DNA of 64,000 bases from NCBI GenBank assembly GCA_002269645.1, contig NIVC01001690.1, forward strand, positions 5,496 to 69,495, in the 5' to 3' direction. Position numbers and translations under genes: made by a program. The first letter of the stretch is position 1. Every line of letters starts with the position of its first letter. Shown here piece after piece: positions 10,887 to 22,485 of this stretch. Origin of the DNA: Macrostomum lignano (taxonomy: Eukaryota). The notes beneath the pieces are model-generated. The model ran no database searches. It saw only the letters and a program-made list of their open reading frames with translations, and had not been told where the DNA came from.

Positions 10887-11432
10887 AAAACAGGCTCACT
10901 GGACCCCCTACTAATGCAAAATAATATACAAGAAAATGCTAAAAAATGATACCAAGCTCATAGTCATAAAACTATATCAGTATATGCAGCAAAAAATTTA
11001 GAGCATTAAGAACACAAATAAATCACTTTTTTGGTCAAAATGATCATATAGACACAGTCCTAATATAAATTTTCCATAGGCATAAGGAAACCCCCATAGT
11101 TCGGAACACTCTGTATGTACCCCGGAAAAAAAACTACCAATTTTTTTTGTGTACGCCGATGTACGCCATATATCTTTGTGACGTTGTCGTTTTACAGTGC
11201 AGTTATTAAATTTGTCTTCTATGTAAATATATTACTTATAGGAGATCGAAAACAAAATCACTTCCAAACATTTGGTACTGTAGCTGCTCATGAATCTTGC
11301 ACCGAGGATTTTCAGCTCGAAAGGCTTCATGGAGTGCACCCTATGACTCCGCAATTGCATCCCATTGGTTCATTGCTGCTTCATTGCTTAACGGTGTGGC
11401 CGTTTTGTTGTGTGGCTATTCCGCGTAACACG

Positions 11433-12398
11433 CGCCACACGCGGAACGGCCACACGACAAAACGGCCACACCGTCAAAACGGCCACACGACAAAACGGCC
11501 ACACGATGTAATAATTTTTTATTTTTTCATTTTTCATTTTTAACAATGGACGACAGTTGTCCAAAGTGTCTACTTAGAGTCAGACCTCGCCAGCATGCAT
11601 TGTGTCTGAAAGGTGAGTTGCTGTTTATAGTATGCTGTTATAGTTGTAATTATTTGAATTAACTGTAATTGGTAATTATTGTATATCTGCTGCTACTGCA
11701 GGAGACGCAGCCGTTTCTATAGCTCGCTACAATGCCATGAAGAATGAGACGATGCCATGGTTTTGTCCAAATTGCCTGCTAGCACCCAGCTCAGCTGCTG
11801 AGCACAGTGCGGCAGCGGAACCCAGCTTAGCTGCTGAGGAGCGACCTGCCTTACATTTGCGAATAAGGATACCAGCATCTGACGCACCTGAAGTTGTTAC
11901 CAGAAGGTTTAGGTAAGTCGATGCATGTGAAGTTGAGATAAAGCAGATTTTTTTCTACATTCCAATTCTCTACATTTCAGGCCTCGAGGCTGACTCTGAG
12001 ACACTTGTAGACAGCTTGTTTAAGTTGCATAGCACAGAATTGGATGTTGGCATTGACGAACCAACAATTGAGCTGGAGCTTCCAACAGTACTGGAAGAAG
12101 AGGAAGAGGCTTTCTTACACAACTATTTTAGCATCTTTTAAAAATTTGCATAACTGCTGGTCGCTCCATAAAAAACAATTTCGTCTTCGCTTCTCTGGTG
12201 CTTCCTTTTCGGATCCTTTTCGGCCTACATAAATTTCACAATATCTCAATGCATTTACTTCTTTTGCATTTTGATGTCATAAGCTGGATCTCATGAGCAA
12301 TCGATCTGCAACCCTTTTTGTTTTATGTGGCCGTTTTGTCGTGTGGCCGTTTTAACGGTGTGGCCGTTTTGTCGTGTGGCCGTTCCGCGTGTGGCCGT
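11433..12398. mobile_element. Nested Mutator-like element with ~70-bp TIRs built of GGCCACAC...AAAAC tandem motifs
   Basis: GCCACACGCGGAACGGCCACACGACAAAACGGCCACACCGT... at ~11433-11503 matches the rc of ~12326-12398. The Mutator assignment is inferred from TIR style only. Confidence 0.55.
11546..11993 (+). pseudogene. Spliced remnant ORF with a degenerate PHD-like finger (exons 11546-11612, 11702-11912, 11981-11993)
   Basis: Translation MDDSCPKCLLRVRPRQHALCLK|GDAAVSIARYNAMKNETMPWFCPNCLL; strong AG|GTGAGT and AG|GTAAGT donors. The central Cys/His ligands of a PHD are missing. Confidence 0.5.
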
Positions 12399-14220
12399 TT
12401 TGACGGGCATCCAAGGAACTGCTGGGCCGCGAAGGTTGGGATGACTCGCGCATTTGAGTCCGATACAACCTAAATGAATGTCCAGGTTGTATCTATCTGG
12501 AATATCAAATGTCTCACGCCCAAAACGGCCCGATAAAAACATATTTAATTTTAAATTGTCTATGTTGAAAACGGAAAGTAACTTTTTTATTTATTAGTAA
12601 GAACTATTAAAAAGTGACAGATTTATATGTACACAGTTTATTTATAAAATTTAAGTAAAATTTGTGCATTTTTTGTTAAAATTACAACTTCACCACAAGC
12701 AAAAAACACGAAAGTCAGTTCTGCATCAATCGTGAAATTTTACAGTAAATGCATAATGAACGACTTTGTAACTGTTATTGATTTCACTAGGTTACGAATT
12801 TTTTGTTTTTTGGTGCATGTTACACACCAAATTAATAATCATGGTTAAACATGTACGCCAAAAGCCTTAGAAAATTACTATTTGTACGCCAACATGTACG
12901 CCAAATTTCTTGACTGTACCCCGGAAATTTCCGGCGTACATGCCCTCTTCCGAACTATGGGGAAACCCAAAGACAAAATATTTTTTCATAAAAAATTGAA
13001 TAACTTTTTTGTTCCTCAACCAAATTCAACAAATAAGGCCTTTTGGACTTCTGTCACTCATATCTATCTATTTAAAAAATAAAAATTGTAGAAATATATA
13101 ATTTCAAAATCTCACTGGAGCTGAGTCCCTATCTACTATAATATAATCTAGTAGTATCATACACTGTGTATGTAGTGATACATTTTTAAGAATTTTATCA
13201 TGAATATATAGCAAATATGATTTTGATTTCAACAAAAATACAATATAATGAAATGCAAAATTATGGCTCACACAACACAAGTGTGCAAATAAATTTTAGC
13301 ATGCCATTTGTACCAAAAATCACATAAAATTATAGTGATGTTCATCTTGTCTACAAATTTGTATCCCAGGTTTGTCCACACCGCAACCCTAGTACATCAA
13401 ACATGATATATGAATTTATATATTGAGACAGACAAAAAACTGTCTGCATATTTTCTATTGGATTTTCGTAAACTTAAAGATAATGTTGTTGAACAATGAC
13501 AAAAGACAAATTACACGTTTCAATTTAATGTTAACAATTTGCGCCGTTCAAAAAAAGTTTTCCTATAAATGGCGTTATAACTAAAATTTGCCAAAATCAT
13601 AAAAAATATAAACGATTAAACCGCAAACTAAACCTACAGAACTAAAAGAATGTGTCGAAACAATTGATAACGTGATCCTGAAATGAAGTTAAACGTCAGC
13701 TACGATAATGCATGTACATTCGTACGTACATGCATCTGCATATTGGATGCAAATTTACTGGTATAATCAGCGGTGTCGGAACATATTTCAAAGTGGGGGG
13801 GGGGGGCTATTGGTGGGAGGGCACATTGCACTTAATTTCTTTTAGTCTAAGGGCACCCAAACTTCTGCTGTTATATCAGTTTGTGAAATTGTGACAACCA
13901 GGCCGATATTCAATTCTGTGTTGGAAGTGGACAAGTCTGAAAATGTTCAAATATTCAACTGATTCAAACATTGCGCAACTAATTGCGAAAATTGCATTAT
14001 CAATTTCTTTAGTAAATATCTCAAATGAATGAAAACTGCAAGGGCAAGACCAGTAGTTTTCTGGTTCTCTCCTTTAGTTCCTCTTGGTGCTGACTATTCT
14101 TTTAGCTGGCGGTATTTTAGTGATTTTAGTTGCAGCGCCAGCAGCGGTTTAAGTCTTTGGGATTGCGGTGGACTCGGAATTTCAATCAGAGACGCCAAAG
14201 CGAAATGGTAAACACAAAAA

Positions 14221-15229
14221 CAGGGGTCGGCAAACTCCGGCCTGAGGGCCAAATGGCCTGCAAAGCCTCTGATCTCTGTCCGGCCCTCGGATCCTTTAAA
14301 TCTTCACAATAGCGATCCGGCACACTCGATGTTTGTCACTTCTCAGCTCTCTTTCCTCACCTTTCTCTTCTCATATTATCTCCTCTCCTCTCCTCTCCTC
14401 TCATCTCCTCACCTATCTCCTCTCCTCTCTCCTTTTGTCTTCTCACCTCTCTCCTCTCTCCTTTCCTCTCCTCTCCTTTCCATTCCTCTCCTCTCCTCAC
14501 CTACATGTATCTCCTCTCCTCTCTCCTCTTATCTCCTCACCTATCTCCTCTCCTCTCTCCTCTCCTCTCTCCTCTTTCCTCTCATCTCCTCTCCTCTCCT
14601 CTCCTCTCGTCAGCTATCTCCTCTCCTCTCCTCTCCTCACCTATCTCCTCTCCTCTCTCCTCTCCTCACCTATCTCTTCTCCTCTCTCCTTTACTCTTCT
14701 TACCTCTCTCCTCTCCTCTCCTCTCTCTCCTCTCCTCTCCTCTCCTCTCCTTTCCTCTTCTCTCCTCTCCTCTCCTCTCCTCTCCTCTCCTCTCCTCTCC
14801 TCTCCTCTCTTCTCCTCCTCTCCTCTCCTCTCCTCTCCTCTCTCCTCTCTCCTCTCTTATCATCTCCTCTCCTCTCTTAGCTCGTATCATCTCTCATCTC
14901 CCTTTTCCTCTCCATTCTCTTCCCCCTTCCTCCCATCTCTCCTCTCTCTTAAATCTCGACTCTCCTCCTTCATCTCCCCTCTTCTATTTTATCTCTCTTC
15001 TCGTCTACTCTGTTCTCCTTTATTCTTTAGCCTCTCCTTTCTCCTACGCTCGTACTCGTATAGTTCTCTTCTCTATTCCCTATCCTCTCCCTTCTCTTGC
15101 CTGCAATCACCAGGGACTCCTGGGCGCGTTTCGTTTAGGGGGCCCAGGGAAGCGGACCCAGAAGTGCAGTCATTGCGCCACGCTAGGTTCTTAATCTGGC
15201 CCTTGAGGTAAAAAGTTTGCCGACCCCTG
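14221..15229. mobile_element. Nested hAT (Charlie-like) MITE expanded by a CT-rich microsatellite
   Basis: 16-bp TIR CAGGGGTCGGCAAACT at both ends; 8-bp TSD CACAAAAA / CACTAAAA (1 mismatch). Confidence 0.8.
14340..15100. repeat. (CTCCT)n-type polypyrimidine microsatellite
   Basis: Visible; source of the LLSSP artefact ORFs. Confidence 0.95.
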
Positions 15230-16182
15230 CACTAAAAGCACTAGGCTTAGGCAAATTAGATAAAACTGTAGTGAATGGGATTGAGAACAACATTAACTAT
15301 TATATCAGCCCTCAGCTTCCAAGACTCGGAAAAGCCAAAGCCGAAAACCGGCCGACACTTGCTTGAAATTCAAAAAGGGCACTTGCAGGATCATGCTAAA
15401 AAGTGGGGGGCTCCAGCCCCCCCCCCCGTGCCCTCCCCCCCCCCGGTTCCGACACCCCTGGGTATAATGCACAGAATTATGTATAATTCTGTGGGTATAG
15501 TGCAAAGTTTACACTGTTTTTCTATCCCCGGATTTAAGTACAGACGAAAATTCAATTTGGAACATTATATGTAACGCATCGATCATGGGTTAATCAAAGG
15601 AACTACATGTACACTAGACTGGAGAGGGTACGTCATTTTACTCGTATAATGAAGTCTTCCTAGTGTTCCTCAGAGTTAATTAAATGTAAACTTGTACATG
15701 CATCAATTTAAAAAATCAGTTTTGTAAGATGAAAAAACTAGAAATTTCTTCTCAATCGAAACAGTGCTGTAGAGGCCGCTTGAATTAGTTTTATTAATTA
15801 AATTACTTGATTAATAAATTATTCAAACGTTTCATGTTGCATTCACTTGCCTTAGAAGAACGTTACAGCCCGGACTGTCACAAAACGTTCGTCCAACAAA
15901 AAAGATATCTTCAGCTTACATCATCACTTAATTAATTGTACACATTTATTTACATACATGTAAAAATGTACATGTATGCGTGTAATGTCCCCACTGGAAT
16001 ATAATTAAATTATGCTCGACTTGTCTTTCACACTGGACCAAAACTAGTGAGGTTTTTATACCCAAACCAGGCTTTCCAGACTACGCGCCTCCATCATTTT
16101 CTGCAAATCCATCTCAGCTTGGCTTGCAGCGACGACATTCAATATATAAGTTTCATTATTTTTGAATAAAAATTCAACTACA

Positions 16183-16503
16183 GGGGGTTGTAGTAGCCTA
16201 GTGGTAAGAGCGTCGGACTCACGACTTGAAGGTTGGGGGTTCGATTCCCGGTCCCTCTCGAACAATTTGTGTCCTTGCATGAGCAAGACACACATGTAAC
16301 TCTGCTTGCTTCAGTTCACCCAGCTGTAAAATGGGTACCCGCGGTCCTTGGACTGAACAGCCGTACGCAGCCTTCAGATGCGCCGCGCAATAGCTGCGGC
16401 TGAGCTGTCGGCTGCACATCTGGCCCAATTGGGGCAGGTGTAATCAATTATTATTATATTATTGTTATTATTATATTATTACTATTATTATTATTATTAT
16501 TAT
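16183..16503 (+). mobile_element. tRNA-derived SINE, copy 1
   Basis: A-box (TAGCCTAGTGGTAAG), B-box (GGTTCGATTCCC), CORE-like body (GTGTCCTTG...CCCAGCTGTAAAATGGGTAC), (TTA)n tail; three more copies in the window. Confidence 0.85.
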
Positions 16504-17796
16504 TGCCAATCCAGTAGCTTGGCACATGCTCCGCTCTGATGCGCCTATAACTAAACAAGGCGATCACACTGGGAATCGAAGGCACGAAAGTCATGTACAT
16601 GTACAGTGTACATTGTGCAGAGAGTACATATGCGGCCTTAAACGGCGCACAGCAATCTGATGTCGGAAACGTCTGCAAACATTATTAGAATGTTGCCTGC
16701 ATGGGCACATGAGGAATCGTATTACCATATTGCTTAGATTAGCCATATCTCTGTAACGTGTACACGTGTAAATGTACGTGTGCATGCAGTTACACGTGAG
16801 TTTAAGGCATGCAGCATTAATCCCACTGAGCTATTGAAATTGTGTGTAGGCTGGCATTTCTTACTGCTGGCTACAATGCTAATTTCAAGTAGAGTTATCC
16901 ATTTTAAACTCTGTATTTTTCTACACATACCGGTAATACTGTTCAAGTGTTTTGACTCCTCGAAATCCGGGAAAACTTTTCTAATAAGCTTATCAATTCC
17001 TGTCGTGAAGGAGATTTTTCAGTTTTCTGAGAAGGCTAGCTAAGGCTAACAATTGCTAAGAGTTTCAGTACAGAGAAAAAACAAAAACCAAGGGGTCGAC
17101 CTTCTTTATCTGCTGCTTGTGGCGCAGGATTAGTATAAAAAAGATTCTGCATTTAAAGTTATTTCCAAGTCCGGCTTTTTAACACATTAAACTGGAGCTA
17201 AAGTTAATGCTGTTAGGAGAAAAAATATAAACAACAGCTTTTTGAGGGTTCTTAAAAAAACGCGATTTCTTCTCTCACTTTTCTGGCATTCTGTCAACTC
17301 CTGAAATCCTGTATCTATAGTCACACCTAATACCCTGATTAACATTCCGAGACGCTGAACCATTGAAAGCCTAAATTAGGGTAAGTTTAAAGTGAATTTT
17401 GCTTAGTGCATTGGGAATCTGGAGGCAGACTTAACTGCTGTTAGTGGGGTCATAAAGATCATGTTAATATTCGAGACATTCATTTGACACTTACAGAGGT
17501 GACTGTATCATAAAGTAAGACTAGCATTCTGGTTACCAGCAAGAAATCCAGTTGGAGTCACATGTACATCCGGGTTACCAGGTTGTCACAGAGGTAAAAT
17601 CACATCCTAGTCATCACCGGAGGTAGAATCACATTTGGTTTACCAGACCATCAAGGTAGTAGACTTTAGTCCTAGTTACCAATTACCATGAGCTCCTAAA
17701 GTTAAAAACTTACGTGTACATCTGTATATCTAGATCTGGATCATATTCGTACAGGTAGACTTACGATCCGGTTACAATCAGGTCATGTATTACCTA

Positions 17797-19561
17797 GTGC
17801 GTTCAAAAAGTTCTTAGACACCCCTCATATCTCTGCATCTGTTCGACCGATTTTGATGAGAATTTATACAAACATAGGTCTATATTTGATGAATTCAGTG
17901 CTATAGAGTTTCAGCTTGGTCGTATAGACAGAACGAAAGCAATTGATCATTTACTGACGAACCTACGAAATTAGCAATACGATTTTTAAACAGCATCGGA
18001 TCTGGACCTCACTCAAAACTGGGGGGGGGGTTGTGAAATCGCAGCTTGTTTTTGGAGGAATAAAAGCTTTCGCTGAGTATTGATTAATCATTACTTTCAA
18101 GCTGCGAGGGTTTAGCCATAGACAAAAAACAGATAGAACGAAGCAGTAGGCAGCATTGACTGAGTGCGCAAAACGAACGTCAGATTGAAATGCTGAGATT
18201 CAGAACCAACCTCGGACGGTTTAAGAATGGCTAGTGCATATGGCGATAAAGTTTCGCAGCGCCTGATCGTTTTTGCTTTTGCGGACGAAGGCATGTCCGT
18301 GAACACTATCCACCAGAGATTAGTCAGCCGTTTTGGAGATGATGCCTGCTGTCGAGCAACCGTCGCGAACTGGGTCCGGAAGAGAAAGGACGGCGAAACG
18401 AGCGTGCAGGACAAGCCGCGCTCAGGCCGACCAGCTACTGCAGTCAACGACAGCAGTGCCATCCTGATTGAAGAGCTGGTTAGTGAAAACGGCCACATCA
18501 CTATTGACGAGTTGGCCAATGCCGCCGAGATTTCGTGTGGCTCGGTCTTCCAAATTCTGCACGAGCATCTTGGTCTGTCAAAGCTGGTCTCTCGATGGGT
18601 GCCAAGACTGCTAACTGCCGAGCAGAAAAATCGCCGATACGAAGTCTGCTTGCAAGAAAGGGCGGCAATTTCAGCTCTGGGAGACGAGTTCAAAAGCAGA
18701 TTTGTAACTCAAGATGAGTCCATGTTTGCCCTGTACGACCCACTCTCCCGGCGGGAGTCGAGGGCCTGGCTTCCGAGGGGCGGCGGCGGCGGTGACGTCG
18801 AAAGCGCAGGCACCTATCCCAAGAAGATCATGTTAAGTGTTTTTTGGGATGCGAGCGGGCCCCTCATGTTCACGTGGTACAGCCAGGGCCAGACACAGAA
18901 CAGCGAGCGGTTTTGTGACGAGCTCACGAGGCTGAGACAGGAGCTACTGCAACGGCGTCGGATCGTGCGCAAAGGCATCCTGCTGCACTGCGACAATGCC
19001 CGGCCGCACTCGGCAGCCCTCACTCGCTCTCACATCGACAGCCTCAGATTCCAGCAGTGGCAGCATCCGCCCTACTCGCCTGATTTGGCACCGTTTGACT
19101 ATGGCCTTTTTGGACACGTCAAGGCGCAGCTGAGAGGCAAGAGGTTCGCTAGCTTCCCCGAGCTGCAAACGGCTGTTGAGGGGCTCGTCAGAGCGACTCC
19201 TAGAGACACGTGGTTAGGATGGATCGAAGAGCTGCCGATACGGTATGACAAGTGCATTCAATGGAACGGTGATTACTTCGAAGATTTTCATGATTGGTGA
19301 TCTGATTTTTGAAGTTTGGGAACTTGCCAACTTGAACCGTTTGGCCTTTAGCTTGTACGTTTTGTTATGTGCTTAAAATCGTATTGCTAATTCGTAGGTT
19401 TGTCAGTAAATGATCGATTGCCTTTGTTCTGTCTATACGACCAAGCTGAAACTCTAGCACTGAATTCATCAAATATAGACCTATGTTTGTATAAATTCTC
19501 ATCAAAATCGGTCGAACAGATGCAGAGATATGAGGAGTGTCTAAGAACTTTTTGAACGCAC
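17797..19561 (+). mobile_element. Full-length mariner (DD34D) element with ~190-bp TIRs and TA TSD
   Basis: TIRs 17797-17986 and 19375-19561 (start GTGCGTTCAAAAAG; ~7-8 differences by eye), flanked by TA at 17795-17796 and 19562-19563. Confidence 0.92.
18227..19300 (+). CDS. Mariner transposase, intact, 357 aa
   Basis: HTH N-terminus, SGRP, WVPRLL, catalytic FVTQDES / LHCDNARPH / YSPDLAPFD with 34 residues between the 2nd and 3rd Asp. Confidence 0.95.
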   Translation: MASAYGDKVSQRLIVFAFADEGMSVNTIHQRLVSRFGDDACCRATVANWVRKRKDGETSVQDKPRSGRPATAVNDSSAILIEELVSENGHITIDELANAAEISCGSVFQILHEHLGLSKLVSRWVPRLLTAEQKNRRYEVCLQERAAISALGDEFKSRFVTQDESMFALYDPLSRRESRAWLPRGGGGGDVESAGTYPKKIMLSVFWDASGPLMFTWYSQGQTQNSERFCDELTRLRQELLQRRRIVRKGILLHCDNARPHSAALTRSHIDSLRFQQWQHPPYSPDLAPFDYGLFGHVKAQLRGKRFASFPELQTAVEGLVRATPRDTWLGWIEELPIRYDKCIQWNGDYFEDFHDW

Positions 19562-19641
19562 TAAGGTGTAAAAAGTAAAATCAAAAGTTTCAATATTTCA
19601 TTTTAAATAAGAGAATCAAATCGCAATATTTTTAGAAAGCC

Positions 19642-20574
19642 ATGCGTCCTATATTGTCTTCATTAGTGCAATCGAAACGTCAGATTACCTATTCACTGAT
19701 TGGGCTGATGGCCCTAGCAATCATCCTGATCGGTGCGCTCATGTTAAACCAGAATTTTTCGACTCTGTCTGTAAGTCGCGCAACGGGTAGCTCTCAAGCA
19801 CCGCTAATCAGTGAGTCAAAAATCGTATCAAAGGATGTCAGCTTTCTATCCCTGATTGAAAGCTCCATGCACAACATGACCGCACGGCAGCTGGAGGATC
19901 TGTATTACTTCATCATACAGCACAGACAGATCGAGTGTTTCAAGTGGCGTCGAATTGGTAAGGAGGTCGACGGAGGCTGGGACGTTTGCTTTACAGCGCC
20001 ATTCGACATTCGACGGGTCAGCGGGCGACCCTGCGTAGCATTCTCCTTCGGCATCAACGGCGTCTTCGAGTACGACGACGAACTAGCGGACGCCTACCAC
20101 TGCCGGGTGTACATGTTCGATCCGAGCATGACCAAAGTCGAAGACCATCAGCGCAAGAAAACATCCTGGTTCTACAAACTCGGCCTTGGACCCAGCAACT
20201 CCGTGCAGAAGAAAACTGGTTGGACAATGCGAACGTTGTGTACCTTATTTAAACAGTTCGGCTTCGAGAACTCGCCGATTGACATACTTAAAGTGGACAT
20301 CGAACTGTGGGAATGGGACAGCTTTGACGCTGCACTGCGCGAGGGTTGCCTGTCCAGGGTGCGTCAGCTGCTGTTTGAGTCGCACACAGACGAGCTGGTG
20401 TACCAGCGACCGGACTACGGGAAGCTGGTTCGAGTGTGGCTCGGCCTGTTCAAGATTGGCTTCCGTACTTGGAAGTTCCACGAGAACCCCTATTCGATTT
20501 TCTTCAAATCCATAACTGGAGATCAAAGGGCCTGTTGCTATGAGCACTACTTGGTGAATGTTGCTCACATTTGA
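19642..20574 (+). CDS. METTL24: METTL24-like (Methyltransf_22/FkbM-type) methyltransferase, type II membrane, intronless, 310 aa
   Basis: N-terminal hydrophobic anchor; motifs DGGWDVC, FSFGING, YHCRVYMFDPS, IDILKVDIELWEW, QLLFESH, CCYEHYLVN. Confidence 0.8.
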   Translation: MRPILSSLVQSKRQITYSLIGLMALAIILIGALMLNQNFSTLSVSRATGSSQAPLISESKIVSKDVSFLSLIESSMHNMTARQLEDLYYFIIQHRQIECFKWRRIGKEVDGGWDVCFTAPFDIRRVSGRPCVAFSFGINGVFEYDDELADAYHCRVYMFDPSMTKVEDHQRKKTSWFYKLGLGPSNSVQKKTGWTMRTLCTLFKQFGFENSPIDILKVDIELWEWDSFDAALREGCLSRVRQLLFESHTDELVYQRPDYGKLVRVWLGLFKIGFRTWKFHENPYSIFFKSITGDQRACCYEHYLVNVAHI

Positions 20575-20929
20575 GCTCTGGACTACTTTAGTTTTATTTA
20601 GACATTCTATAACAGGTGTTTCTCAAATCTTACGCAATTAGAACTGCAATTGCTACTTACTAAGAAGTAGTAGTTACAGACATTTACCTCACCTGTAGGA
20701 GAAGTGATGATATCTAAAATATAGTTTTAAATGCTTCGACCTGGAGCCTCCACACCATTTCTGACTCTACTCTTATTAAAATATACGAAAATGCCACAAT
20801 CCGAGCTACCTCAGCTTAAAATTGGAGATACAAGTTTCAAATTGTCCTGAACCCGATTGAAACATCTCAGAGGAACTGAATCATGGAAAACTAGAGTACT
20901 AGTACGAACCACTAGAGCGTTTGGTGGTT

Positions 20930-21826
20930 GATTCACTCGTTGGAGGTTGATTCAAAGGTTGGGATTGATTCAAAGGTTGGAGGTTGATTCAAAGGTTGGA
21001 GGTTGATTCAGTGGTTGGAGGTTGATTCAAAGGTTGGAGGTTTATTCAAAGGTGGGAGGTTGATTCACTGGTTGGAGGTTGATTCAATGGTTGGAGGTTG
21101 ATTCAATGGTTGGGATTGATTCACTGGTTGGAGGTTGATTCAAAGGTTGGGATTGATTCAATGGTTGGAGGTTGATTCAAAGGTTGGGATTGATTCACTG
21201 GTTGGAGGTTGATTCAATGGTTGGGATTGATTCACTGGTTGGGGGTTGATTCAATGGTTGGGATTGATTCACTGGTTGGAGGTTGATTCACTGGTTAGTG
21301 GTTGATTCAAAGGTTGGAGGTTGATTCAAAGGTTGGAGGTTGATACAAAGGTTGGAGGTTGATTCAAAGGCTGGAGGTTGATTCAAAGGTTGGAGGTTGA
21401 TTCAAAGGTTGGAGGTTGATTCAAAGGTTGGAGGTTGATACAAAGGTTGGAGGTTGATTCAGTGGTTGGAGGCTGATTCAGTGGTTGGAGGCTGATTCAG
21501 TGGTTGGAGGTTGATTCAGTGGTTGGAGGCTGATTCAGTGGTTGGAGGTTGATTCAGTGGTTGGAGGCTGATTCAGTGGTTGGAGGTTGATTCAAAGGTT
21601 GGAGGCTGACTCAGTGGTTGGAGGTTGATTCAAAGGTTGGAGGTTGATTCAAAGGCTGGAGGTTGATTTAAAGGTTGGAGGTTGATTCAAAGGTTGGAGG
21701 TTGATTCAAAGGCTGGAGGTTGATTTAAAGGTTGGAGGTTGATTCAAAGGTTGGAGGTTGATTCAAAGGTTGGAGGTTGATTCAAAGGTTTGAGGTTGAT
21801 TCAATGGTTGAGGTTGATACAAAGGT
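20930..21826. repeat. 19-bp minisatellite (GGTTGGAGGTTGATTCAAA), intergenic
   Basis: Visible tandem array with variant units. Confidence 0.95.
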
Positions 21827-22485
21827 TGATCTATTTAAGTTGGTAAAAACGAACACATGTGTACAGCGGCCCTGACTTTCTCATCCCCAGGCATATAAAT
21901 TCTCTGTGTCGTGGTAGGTTCTTTTATCTGGGCGAGGATTGCAGAAAAAGCCCTGACCAAATTTAATTTAATTCTATGATTCTGAACTTTGCGGCGCCGA
22001 GAGTCGGACCCCTAAAATGTTCTGTCAAATCGTCCTCTGAGAAGAGAAGAACTAATTAAAATACGAGCTACTACTGTATTAACACAACAATACATGTATG
22101 TACTTTTTCACATTTCTTGCTACCAGTCTGCTCTATTCGTCTAAATATAATCAAACAGACAGAAGGTTAAGCGAGTAGCATTCAAGGTCCAGTATGTGTT
22201 TTTGCATTCAACTAACCAGTGAGTGACAACCTGTCCAAAGGCGCTGCACGTAGTTATTAGCAGAGCGCATAGGTAGGTACTCCCATGAGAACCACGCCAA
22301 ACATTGAAGAGTTCTCAAGCAGTGAGAATTTGTCTATGCGATCTAGAATCAAAGGAACAGAAGAATTAAAATTTCTCAGCAAGTGGTTCAGTAAGAGCGT
22401 ATAAATATACCAAAGTAATGCGAGTATCATACTCGAGACAGACCTCAGCACTTTTAACTCCTTACCACTCGCAGATAAAATTATC

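Larger units (their letters stand above)
6514..10910. mobile_element. 4397-bp TIR DNA transposon (probably non-autonomous) carrying ORFs at 7369-9449
   Basis: Perfect 16-bp TIR TAGGGGGTCCAGTGAG (6514-6529; rc 10895-10910) flanked by the 7-bp direct repeat CTAATGC (6507-6513, 10911-10917). Confidence 0.75.
11094..12960. mobile_element. 1867-bp non-autonomous TIR element
   Basis: TIR CCATAGTTCGGAA (11094-11106; rc 12948-12960); perfect 8-bp TSD GGAAACCC (11086-11093, 12961-12968); subterminal GTACGCC repeats. Confidence 0.8.
13768..15460. mobile_element. hAT-type non-autonomous element, 1693 bp
   Basis: TIRs CAGCGGTGTCGGAAC / CAGGGGTGTCGGAAC (rc); perfect 8-bp TSD GGTATAAT (13760-13767, 15461-15468). 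Confidence 0.85.

Noticed and set aside
14329-15211. LLSSP-rich ORFs
   Set aside because: Translation of the (CTCCT)n microsatellite inside a MITE.
16183-16260. Functional tRNA gene (also at 48589 and 56770)
   Set aside because: The tRNA-like head lacks a proper acceptor stem and continues into a shared SINE body with a TTA tail.
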